Shown here: one piece after another, positions 9,270 to 16,770 of the stretch
Position numbering within the stretch: position 1 is the first letter of the stretch
Layout: each line of letters starts with the position of its first letter
Assembly (NCBI GenBank): GCA_050740255.1
Contig: JBOICV010000150.1
Span: forward strand, 22,048 to 86,047
Reading direction: 5' to 3'
Origin: Nevskiales bacterium
GTDB taxonomy: Bacteria > Pseudomonadota > Gammaproteobacteria > Nevskiales > JBOICV01
Length of the DNA: 64,000 nt
Translations under genes and position numbers: made by a program
Notes under the pieces: generated by a model
What the model was told of the DNA's origin: nothing
Database searches by the model: none
What the model saw: only the letters and a program-made list of their open reading frames with translations

Positions 9270-11336
9270 TTGGCGACACGGCTTCTGATTCTGCTGCTGT
9301 TGCTCGCCTGGCCTGTGCTCGCGCTGGCGGTGGAGCGCATGACTCTATCGGCGGCGGCGATTGAAGGTAATGGCTGGCACGCGCGCGATGTCGCCATCGA
9401 ACTGGACCTGGCGCAAACCCCCAATCGGAAAGTGGGCGGAGCAGCGAGCATTCGTATCGGCGCGCTGGAACTCCCTGCACCGCTAGGCAGCCTGCGCTCG
9501 ATCACGCTGACTTGTCCGCAGCTCGAAACCAGCGCGGAGCGCCTGGCCTGTCGCGGCGCGCAACTCGTCGGCCTGGGTCAGGGCTTGAGCGGTAAGCCGG
9601 CGGAACTCGATTTCGAATATGTTGCGGCGACCGCTGCGCTGAACGCGGAGCTGCGCGCGCTGCGGCTGTATGGCGGCGCCTTGAATCTACAGCTTGCGAT
9701 GGACGAAACCGGGACGCGTCTGCGTGGCCAGCTTCAGGACATTGCGCTGGCGCAGGCCGATCCTTTAATCGTGGCCACCGGAGTCGCCGGCCTTAGCGCG
9801 AGCGGCGGCGCCGACGTCGCCTTCAATCTGAGCATCGCGCCCGGACCTGAACCGCAGATGGGCGGGCAGCTTGAGTTCAAGCTGCGTGACGTGACGGCGA
9901 GCGAAGCCGAAGGCAAATATGCCAGCGACAAGTTCACGCTGAGCGCTCAGACCGAATTCGAGCGTCGAAAAACGGGTTGGGATTTCAAGCTCGACGCCCG
10001 CGCCAGCGGAGGGCAGATTTACATTGACCCGCTGTTCGTAGAGATCACAACCACCCCGCTTGAGTTGCGTACGCAAGGTCACTACGACGCGTCTCAGAGC
10101 TATCTGGTGCTCGGTCAGGCGGTGCTGCAGCAGGCGGAAATTCTGAACGCCAACCTGCAACTGACAGCGCAATTCAAACCCGCTTTCAAGCTGCAGAACT
10201 TAAGTGCCCATATCGAACAAGCGCAATTCCCCGGGGCCTACCCCTATATCCAGCCGTTTTTGATTGGCACCGCCTTCGATTCCTTGACGACGCAGGGCGC
10301 GCTGTCCGGTCAGTTGCGCATGCAGGACGGCAAACCGCAGGCCGTGCATGCGGAGTTGAAACAAATGCATTTGCACGACACCGGCGAGCGTTTCTCCGTC
10401 GATGCGCTCGACGGTGTTGTGCACTGGTCGGAAGCCGATGCGGTGCCGGAGAGCCGTTTACGCTGGACCGGTGGCAGCGCCTACCAGGTTCCTTTCGAGG
10501 CTGCCGAGCTCAGGGTGCAGACCCAGGGCCGCGACGTGGCGCTACTCGCGCCCTGGCGCCAGCCATTTCTGGGTGGCGCCTTGGTGATCGAACGCCTCAG
10601 CGCGCAGGCCCTCGGCAAACCCGAACAAAAACTGGGTTTTGACGGCAAACTGGAGCCGATCGATTTGCACGCCTTGTCCTCGGCCCTCGGCTGGCCGGCC
10701 TTCAGCGGCAAGCTGGCCGGTACGCTGCCGCAGCTTACCTATAGCGGCGAAGTGCTCAGTCTGGGTGGGACGCTCGTCGCGCAGGTCTTCGATGGCGCAG
10801 TCACCGTCGAGAAATTTCGTCTAAGCAGTCCCTTCGGCCGCCTGCCGCAACTGAACGGCGATCTGCGCCTGCGCAATATTGATCTGGCGCAGGCCACCGG
10901 CGCGTTCTCGTTCGGCCGCATCGAGGGGCGCGTGCATGGCGATGTGACGCAACTGCAACTGCTCAACTGGCGGCCAGTCGCCTTCGACGCGAAGTTGTAC
11001 ACGCCGCCGGACGACCGCTCGCGGCACCGCATCAGCCAGCGCGCCATTGAGAACATCTCCTCCATCGGCGGCGGCGGCGCGGCTGGCGTCATCTCCAAGG
11101 GCTTCTTGCGCTTCTTCGAGGATTTCGCTTACGAGCACATCGGCCTGTCCTGCGTCCTGGCTAACGGCATCTGCCGCATGGGCGGCATCGAGCCCAAGGA
11201 CGGCGGCTATTACATCGTCAAAGGCGCGCTGCTGCCGCGCGTTGACGTGGTGGGCTATGCGCGCGAAGTGAACTGGGAGGTGCTGCTAGCGCAGCTCAGG
11301 AACGCCACCGCCGGCGCAGGGCCTGTGATTAAATAG
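9270..11336 (+). CDS. ydbH: YdbH-like AsmA-family envelope protein (putative intermembrane lipid-transport bridge)
   Basis: Start placed at TTG 9270, giving an N-terminal TM helix (ATRLLILLLLLAWPVLALA). The ORF-track start at 9177 lies inside repeat family A. Long beta-rich body. C-terminal RISQRAIENISSIGGGG...FEDFAYEHIGLSC is typical of the YdbH family. Followed by a YdbL-domain gene. Confidence 0.65.
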   Translation: MATRLLILLLLLAWPVLALAVERMTLSAAAIEGNGWHARDVAIELDLAQTPNRKVGGAASIRIGALELPAPLGSLRSITLTCPQLETSAERLACRGAQLVGLGQGLSGKPAELDFEYVAATAALNAELRALRLYGGALNLQLAMDETGTRLRGQLQDIALAQADPLIVATGVAGLSASGGADVAFNLSIAPGPEPQMGGQLEFKLRDVTASEAEGKYASDKFTLSAQTEFERRKTGWDFKLDARASGGQIYIDPLFVEITTTPLELRTQGHYDASQSYLVLGQAVLQQAEILNANLQLTAQFKPAFKLQNLSAHIEQAQFPGAYPYIQPFLIGTAFDSLTTQGALSGQLRMQDGKPQAVHAELKQMHLHDTGERFSVDALDGVVHWSEADAVPESRLRWTGGSAYQVPFEAAELRVQTQGRDVALLAPWRQPFLGGALVIERLSAQALGKPEQKLGFDGKLEPIDLHALSSALGWPAFSGKLAGTLPQLTYSGEVLSLGGTLVAQVFDGAVTVEKFRLSSPFGRLPQLNGDLRLRNIDLAQATGAFSFGRIEGRVHGDVTQLQLLNWRPVAFDAKLYTPPDDRSRHRISQRAIENISSIGGGGAAGVISKGFLRFFEDFAYEHIGLSCVLANGICRMGGIEPKDGGYYIVKGALLPRVDVVGYAREVNWEVLLAQLRNATAGAGPVIK

Positions 11337-11398
11337 AACCGCTGCATTGTCAGGCGGTCTTAAGCTTTGGCGCTCATCACAGCGGGGAAGGAGTCATC

Positions 11399-12013
11399 AT
11401 GAAACACGCTCTGCCGTTCAATCTGATCGGCGCCGCTTTGGCGGCCGGCTGCGTCACCATCAATGTCTACTTCCCGGCGGCCGCCGCCGAGAAGGCTGCC
11501 GACCGCATCATCGAGGACATCTGGGGCAAGCAACCCCAGGGTGGCTCCGCCCCCGGCACTGAAAAAAGCACACCCACTCAGCCGAATTCCGGTTTATTGC
11601 CGGCGCTGCAGTATTTCGCCGCGGGAACGCTGAACTTCATCATCCCGCTGGCCGAAGCCCAGGCCGATATTGATATTTCCTCACCGGCGGTACAGCAGGT
11701 CAAAGCGGCGCTGGAAGCACGGCACGGTCAGCTCGCCGCCCATTACGCGAGCGGCGCCGTCGGTCTGACCGCTGGCGGCGACGTCGCCGTCCGCGACCCC
11801 AATCTGATTCCGCTGCCGCAGCGCAATGCGGTAAAAAAACTGGTCGCCGACGACAACGCCGATCGTGCCGCGCTGTATCGCGAAATCGCCGTCGCCAACG
11901 GCCATCCAGAATGGGAGGCCGACATCCGTGCCACCTTTGCCAAGCGCTGGGTGGATAAAGCGGCAGCCGGTTGGTATTACCAGGACGCCGGCGGTACCTG
12001 GAAGCAGAAGTAG
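11399..12013 (+). CDS. Lipoprotein with YnbE-like N-terminal segment fused to a YdbL (DUF1318) domain
   Basis: Lipobox-like LAAGC. Then CVTINVYFP...AEKAADRIIEDI (YnbE-like), a Q/P/G/S/T linker, and a C-terminal KKLVADDNADRAALYREIAVANG...GWYYQDAGGTWKQK that resembles E. coli YdbL. Confidence 0.6.
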   Translation: MKHALPFNLIGAALAAGCVTINVYFPAAAAEKAADRIIEDIWGKQPQGGSAPGTEKSTPTQPNSGLLPALQYFAAGTLNFIIPLAEAQADIDISSPAVQQVKAALEARHGQLAAHYASGAVGLTAGGDVAVRDPNLIPLPQRNAVKKLVADDNADRAALYREIAVANGHPEWEADIRATFAKRWVDKAAAGWYYQDAGGTWKQK

Positions 12014-12033
12014 AAGTAGAAGCAGAAGCAGAA
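12001..12033. repeat. Hexanucleotide tandem repeat (GAAGYA) x5.5 spanning the stop codon of the preceding gene
   Basis: The sequence reads gaagca gaagta gaagta gaagca gaagca gaa. In the gene frame this is (AAG CAG)(AAG TAG)..., so the stop is a C-to-T variant of the repeat unit. Confidence 0.85.
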
Positions 12034-12034
12034 T

Positions 12035-12168
12035 GCTTCGCCCTGCGGGCTCGCAATGACAGGCCTGTCCTGAGCTTGTCGAAGGGCTTGTCATCGCGAG
12101 GCCTGTCCTGAGCCTGTCGAAGGGGCCCTTGGGCTCGTGGCGATCTCGCTCCGGGCAAACTGAGACAC
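12035..12168. repeat. Composite REP/MITE cluster (family A arms, two family D units, family B end motif)
   Basis: TCGCAATGAC-agg-CCTGTCCTGAGCTTGTCGAAGGG-ctt-GTCATCGCGAGG-CCTGTCCTGAGCCTGTCGAAGGGG...CGATCTCGC...GGCAAACTGAGACAC. Confidence 0.8.
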
Positions 12169-12196
12169 TACCCAAAAATCTCTCCTGCGCAGATAA

Positions 12197-12931
12197 ATGA
12201 TCCGCTGGCCGCTCGCTCTGGTCTTGTTGTACGTCGCGCTCGCGCTCGGTGTGGACACGCTCGCGGTGCAGGGCGTCCGCTGGCCTTTCGACTGGAGCGT
12301 GTTCCGGTGGCAGTTGGCGGATGTTTATCTATGGGTCCATCCGGCGGCATCCGCGATTGGTGTTCCGGAGGGCCTGTATGCCTGGCTGCACTGGCGCCTG
12401 CCGCAGAAATTCGACGTCTATTCCTTTCTGATCTGGCTGGTCATCCCCGGCCTTCTATGCGTTCGCGGTATGGACTGGGGTGCTTTCGGCGTGACGCGGT
12501 TCAAGCGCAAAGACTGGCTCGTGCTCGGCCTGCTGGCGGCCGGTGGTGCGGCCGCGATGTTCCTAATCCCACAGGTGCCGGAGCTGCGGCGCGCCTACCC
12601 CAATCTCAGCCATCTCGACCCGGCGGTGAAGCTGGACTATTTCAACGGCCAGCTTATCTGGATTCTGTCCTGGCTTTTGGGCTGGGAATTCATGCACCGC
12701 TATTTCCTGCTGCGCTCGGTCAGCGCACGCTGGCCCCAGTTCGGCTGGCTGCTGCCGCCGCTCGCGGAAGGGGTTTATCACCTGCAAAAGCCGCTGCTGG
12801 AAGCCGGCGGCATGGTGCTGCTGTCGCTGGTGCTGACGCGCTGGGCGCTGGCGCGCAACAATGTGTTGCTGCCCTTTTTGGCGCACCTCATCATCGAGAT
12901 CGAGGTGGTGTTGTTCATGCTGTTAGCGTGA
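12197..12931 (+). CDS. Polytopic membrane protein, possibly a CPBP-type intramembrane protease
   Basis: 244 aa with about 7 hydrophobic helices. Weak CPBP-like motifs GWEFMHRY (ExxxR), EGVYH and AHLIIE. Family call is tentative. Confidence 0.4.
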   Translation: MIRWPLALVLLYVALALGVDTLAVQGVRWPFDWSVFRWQLADVYLWVHPAASAIGVPEGLYAWLHWRLPQKFDVYSFLIWLVIPGLLCVRGMDWGAFGVTRFKRKDWLVLGLLAAGGAAAMFLIPQVPELRRAYPNLSHLDPAVKLDYFNGQLIWILSWLLGWEFMHRYFLLRSVSARWPQFGWLLPPLAEGVYHLQKPLLEAGGMVLLSLVLTRWALARNNVLLPFLAHLIIEIEVVLFMLLA

Positions 12932-12934
12932 TTG

Positions 12935-13543
12935 TTAACGTAGCGGCGCCACCTGCTGGTGGCGGTAGCAGCCAACAACATGATCGTTGACCATACCCAC
13001 CGCCTGCATGAAGGCGTAAATGATGGTCGAGCCGACAAACTTGAAACCCCTTTGCTGCAAGTCCTTGCTGATCTGGTCCGATAACGCGGTCTTGGCCGGC
13101 ACCTGCTTGAGGCTGCGCCAATGGTTCTGAATCGGCGAACCTTCCACGTAACGCCATAAATAAGCATCCAGGCTGCCGAATTCCTCACGCAGTTCCAGCA
13201 CCGCACGCGCATTACTCACCGCGGCATTGATCTTGAGCCGGTTGCGCACGATGCCGGGATCGGCCAGCAGTTTTTCGATTTTCGCTTCGGCGTAGCGGGC
13301 GACTTTCTCCGCGTCGAAACCGTCGAAGGCGCGCCGGTAGTTTGGCCGCTTGTTCAGAATCGTCGACCAGGACAAGCCCGCCTGCGCGCCCTCGAGTATC
13401 AGCATTTCGAACAAATGCCGCTCGCCATGCGCCGGCACGCCCCATTCCTGATCGTGATAAACGAGATAGTTTTCGGCAGCCGCCCCAGAGTAGTGCTCGG
13501 CCCAGGGGCAACGCGAGAGGGGTGCGGCATTCATCGTCATCAA
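12935..13543 (-). CDS. tag: DNA-3-methyladenine glycosylase I
   Basis: YHDQEWGVP, LFEMLILEGAQAGLSWSTIL, GFKFVGSTIIYAFMQAVGMVNDHVVGC; collinear with E. coli Tag. Confidence 0.92.
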   Translation of the reverse strand: MMTMNAAPLSRCPWAEHYSGAAAENYLVYHDQEWGVPAHGERHLFEMLILEGAQAGLSWSTILNKRPNYRRAFDGFDAEKVARYAEAKIEKLLADPGIVRNRLKINAAVSNARAVLELREEFGSLDAYLWRYVEGSPIQNHWRSLKQVPAKTALSDQISKDLQQRGFKFVGSTIIYAFMQAVGMVNDHVVGCYRHQQVAPLR

Positions 13544-13630
13544 CTCCGCAAAGGCTTGAGTAAAGACCCGCTTTGAAGCGCTGCCACCGGCGCACTATAC
13601 TGCAAGGTGTTCGGCACCGGGAGCGGGAAA

Positions 13631-13936
13631 ATGTCCAGCGATTTCAAGACCTTCAACGAATTCTACCCATTTTATCTGGGCGAGCACGCCAATATAACCT
13701 GCCGCCGCCTGCACTTTGTCGGCTCGAGCGGCGGCCTGGTCTGTCTGGTGCTGGCCATTGCCACGATGAACCTATGGTGGTTGCTCGCGGGGCTGGTATT
13801 CGGCTACGCCATGGCCTGGATTGGCCACTACTTCTTCGAGCACAACAAGCCGGCGACCTTCAAGCACCCGTTCTATAGTTTTATCGGCGATTGGGTGATG
13901 TACAAGGAAATCCTCACCGGCAAAATCAAGCTTTAA
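13631..13936 (+). CDS. DUF962 / Mpo1-like membrane protein
   Basis: ATG at 13631 is preceded by GGGAGCGGGAAA. Motifs FNEFYPFYLGEHAN..CRRLHF and GHYFFEHNKPATFKHP. Confidence 0.75.
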   Translation: MSSDFKTFNEFYPFYLGEHANITCRRLHFVGSSGGLVCLVLAIATMNLWWLLAGLVFGYAMAWIGHYFFEHNKPATFKHPFYSFIGDWVMYKEILTGKIKL

Positions 13937-14025
13937 GGAATCTCTGATTTATCCGTCACACCGGCGGCTTTTAAAGCGCCCTGCTTTTTCGGTAGCGCCT
14001 CAGTTCGCCGCCTAACCTTTATGCT

Positions 14026-14110
14026 CGTCATTCCGGCGAAAGCCGGAATCCAGTCTTTCCACGCACATGGACACCGGCCTGCGCCGGTGTGACGGCAAAC
14101 TGAGACATTG
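14026..14110. mobile_element. MITE-like element, family B (overlaps the 3' end of the methyltransferase gene)
   Basis: CGTCATTCCGGCGAAAGCCGGAAT hairpin, CACCGGCCTGCGCCGGTG hairpin and GGCAAACTGAGACA end. A 41-nt core is identical, in reverse orientation, to 33558-33598. Confidence 0.85.
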
Positions 14111-14765
14111 CCGCTTTTTCCAATACCACGAAAGTCTGCGCATGCACCCGCGGCAGCATCGGCCGGAATTCACGCACGACTAACCCCGCTTGCCGGGCTT
14201 CCTGCGCGAACAAGTCACGCGGAATCATCTTCACCCGAACCGGCTTACGCTTGAGCTTGGACAGCAGTTGCTTGCTATACCAATGCACGCTGCCGGCGTC
14301 GTAGAAAGTCAGAATCACCCAGCGTTTGGAGACTCGCGCCAACTCTTTTAGCGCGGCTATCCGCCACTCCGGGTTGTGCAGGTGTTGAAACAGCCGGATG
14401 GAGCAGGCCAGATCCATTTCACCGTCGCCAAGCGTCAGGCCCTTCAACAAATCGCCCTGAAAGGCGCGCGCACCGAGCCCCAGATCGTCGCGTTCCTTGA
14501 CGAAGTTCACCATGTCGTCGGAGATATCCACCAGCACCAGCCGGTAGTCGAGGGCACGCAATATCGGAACGATGCGACCGTAACCACAGGGTACGTCCAA
14601 GGCGCTGCCACCACGGCCGGCATAACGCTCGATCAGCTCCGCCAGCACCGACCGTTCGCGGCGGTCCACCCGTTTCTGCAGGCTGGTCTTGTAGCGCTTG
14701 CTTTCGTAGTATTCGACCGCGCCGCGGCTGCCGAAAGGCTGGCGCTCCTGGTCTGGATTGGACAT
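14028..14765 (-). CDS. Class I SAM-dependent methyltransferase
   Basis: Motif I ALDVPCGYGR, followed by an acidic LVDISDDM. The last ~27 codons (MSQFAVTPAQAGVHVRGKTGFRLSPE*) and the stop codon are encoded by the family B element. Confidence 0.8.
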   Translation of the reverse strand: MSNPDQERQPFGSRGAVEYYESKRYKTSLQKRVDRRERSVLAELIERYAGRGGSALDVPCGYGRIVPILRALDYRLVLVDISDDMVNFVKERDDLGLGARAFQGDLLKGLTLGDGEMDLACSIRLFQHLHNPEWRIAALKELARVSKRWVILTFYDAGSVHWYSKQLLSKLKRKPVRVKMIPRDLFAQEARQAGLVVREFRPMLPRVHAQTFVVLEKAAMSQFAVTPAQAGVHVRGKTGFRLSPE

Positions 14766-14829
14766 GACGCGAGTATAACTAATGAGAACAAACGGTCTCA
14801 GCTAAAATAGCGCCCCCAAGCTTTAGCTT

Positions 14830-14867
14830 CCTCTCCCCCTGTGGGAGGGGATTGAGGGGAGGGGTGA
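14830..14867. repeat. REP-like hairpin, family C
   Basis: CCTCTCCCCC-tgt-GGGAGGGG-att-GAGGGGAGGGGTGA. Intergenic, upstream of mnmG. Confidence 0.8.
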
Positions 14868-14892
14868 TCGTATCGGCGCGGTTTACCAAGTT

Positions 14893-16770
14893 ATGACAGC
14901 TTCCGGGAAGAATGAATTCGACGTCATTGTCATCGGCGGTGGTCACGCCGGTACGGAAGCGGCGCTCGCTGCTGCGCGTGTGGGCGCGCGCACGCTGCTG
15001 CTGACGCACAGCATCGAGACGCTAGGCGCGATGTCCTGCAATCCTGCGATCGGCGGTATCGGCAAGGGGCATCTGGTCAAGGAAATCGACGCGCTCGGCG
15101 GCGCGATGGCACGCGCGGCGGATCGCGCCGGCATCCATTGCCGCAGATTGAATGCGAGCAAAGGCCCGGCGGTGCGCGCCACCCGTTTTCAGGCCGACCG
15201 CCAGCTCTACCGGCAAGCCATCCGGCAGATGCTTGAGACGCAGCCGAATCTGGCCTTGTTTCAGCAGGCCGTGGACGATTTGATCGTCGAAGGCGACCGC
15301 ATCACCGGCGTCGTCACCCAAACCGGGCTGAAATTTCACGCACCCACCGTGGTGCTGACTACGGGCACTTTTCTCGCGGGTCGCATCCACGTCGGGCTGA
15401 ATAATTTCCCCGGCGGCCGCGCGGGCGACGCGCCCGCGAATGCCTTGTCGCAAAAGCTGCGTGAGCTGCCGTTCAACGCCGGTCGCCTGAAAACCGGCAC
15501 GCCGCCGCGGCTTGACGGCCGCACGATTGATTACTCGAAACTGTCGGCGCAAGCTGGCGATGACCCGCGCCCGGTGTTTTCCTTCCTCGGCTCGCGCGAT
15601 GAGCATCCGCCGCAAACCGTCTGTCATCTCACGCGTACCAATACGCGCACGCATGAGCTCATCAAAAGCGGCTTGGATCGCTCGCCGATGTATACCGGCG
15701 TGATCGAGGGCGTCGGCCCGCGCTACTGCCCGTCGGTGGAAGATAAAGTGATGCGTTTCGCCGACAAGGATTCACACCAGATATTCCTGGAGCCGGAAGG
15801 TCTGAATACGTCCTCGGTTTATCCCAACGGCATCTCCACCAGCCTGCCTTATGACGTACAAGTCGAGCTGGTGCATTCCATCGAAGGGCTCGAACACGCG
15901 CATATCACCGCGCCGGGCTATGCCATCGAGTACGACTATTTCGATCCGCGCGACCTCAAGCCTTCGCTGGAAACCCGATTCGTGGGCGGACTTTATTTCG
16001 CCGGTCAGATCAATGGCACCACCGGCTACGAGGAAGCCGCCGCTCAAGGCCTGCTCGCTGGCCTCAACGCCGCGCTGGCCACGCAGGGCCGCGACGCCTG
16101 GACGCCGAAACGCGACGAGGCGTATATCGGTGTGCTGGTGGATGACCTCATCACCCGCGGCACCATTGAGCCTTACCGCATGTTCACCAGCCGCGCGGAG
16201 CATCGGCTGTTATTGCGCGAAGACAATGCCGATCTGCGCCTGACCGAAACCGGCCGCAAGCTGGGGCTGGTGGATGACGAGCGCTGGAGCCGATTCAGCA
16301 AGAAGCGCGAGGCGATCGAATGCGAACAGGCCCGCCTGGCGCAACTGCGCCTGGTTCTCCCTCTCCCTCGGGGAGAGGGCGGGGGTGAGGGCGCTTCAAT
16401 CGCAGCGCTCGACGCTCTGCGTCGTCCAGAAATCAATTACGCGTCACTGATGCAACTCGGCGCCGGCCCGGCGGTGGATGATCCGCTGGTGGCCGAGCAG
16501 ATAGAAATTCAGATCAAGTACGCCGGTTATATCGAACGCCAACATTCTGAGATCGAACGTACCCGCCGCTACGAAACCCTGCCGCTACCGGAAGACCTGG
16601 ATTACGCCGGGGTGCGCGGTTTGTCCAACGAAGTGCGGCAAAAACTTGCGCGCCATCGTCCGGCCACGCTCGGTCAGGCAGGCCGCATCTCCGGCGTCAC
16701 GCCTGCCGCGGTCTCCTTATTGCTGGTGCATTTGAAGAAAACCGGCGCCAGCTTGCGCCGCAGCGCTTGA
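14893..16770 (+). CDS. mnmG: tRNA uridine 5-carboxymethylaminomethyl modification enzyme MnmG (GidA)
   Basis: FAD motif [15 protein letters not shown], then [23 protein letters not shown], and C-terminal [23 protein letters not shown]. 625 aa. Confidence 0.97.
   Translation: MTASGKNEFDVIVIGGGHAGTEAALAAARVGARTLLLTHSIETLGAMSCNPAIGGIGKGHLVKEIDALGGAMARAADRAGIHCRRLNASKGPAVRATRFQADRQLYRQAIRQMLETQPNLALFQQAVDDLIVEGDRITGVVTQTGLKFHAPTVVLTTGTFLAGRIHVGLNNFPGGRAGDAPANALSQKLRELPFNAGRLKTGTPPRLDGRTIDYSKLSAQAGDDPRPVFSFLGSRDEHPPQTVCHLTRTNTRTHELIKSGLDRSPMYTGVIEGVGPRYCPSVEDKVMRFADKDSHQIFLEPEGLNTSSVYPNGISTSLPYDVQVELVHSIEGLEHAHITAPGYAIEYDYFDPRDLKPSLETRFVGGLYFAGQINGTTGYEEAAAQGLLAGLNAALATQGRDAWTPKRDEAYIGVLVDDLITRGTIEPYRMFTSRAEHRLLLREDNADLRLTETGRKLGLVDDERWSRFSKKREAIECEQARLAQLRLVLPLPRGEGGGEGASIAALDALRRPEINYASLMQLGAGPAVDDPLVAEQIEIQIKYAGYIERQHSEIERTRRYETLPLPEDLDYAGVRGLSNEVRQKLARHRPATLGQAGRISGVTPAAVSLLLVHLKKTGASLRRSA
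16357..16394. repeat. REP-like hairpin, family C, located in frame inside mnmG
   Basis: CTCCCTCTCCCTC-ggg-GAGAGGG-cgg-GGGTGAGGGCGC, translated as [13 protein letters not shown]. Same consensus as the intergenic copies at 14830, 19446 and 26938. Confidence 0.8.

Noticed and set aside
11681-12175. ORFs of 152-164 aa on the minus strand across the ydbL 3' end and the repeat cluster (peptides such as PFDRLRTGL and PFDKLRTGLSLRARRAKH). Similar repeat-derived ORFs lie at 26915-27166 and 9160-9480.
   Set aside because: They are translations of REP/MITE elements plus antisense of a real gene. Such peptides are recurrent annotation artefacts of these repeat families.
14766-14892. Replication origin (oriC) next to mnmG/gidA.
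   Set aside because: mnmG is not followed by rsmG-parAB here but by an opp operon. The upstream spacer is short and occupied by a REP element. I found no cluster of DnaA-box-like TTATCCACA motifs and no AT-rich unwinding region.
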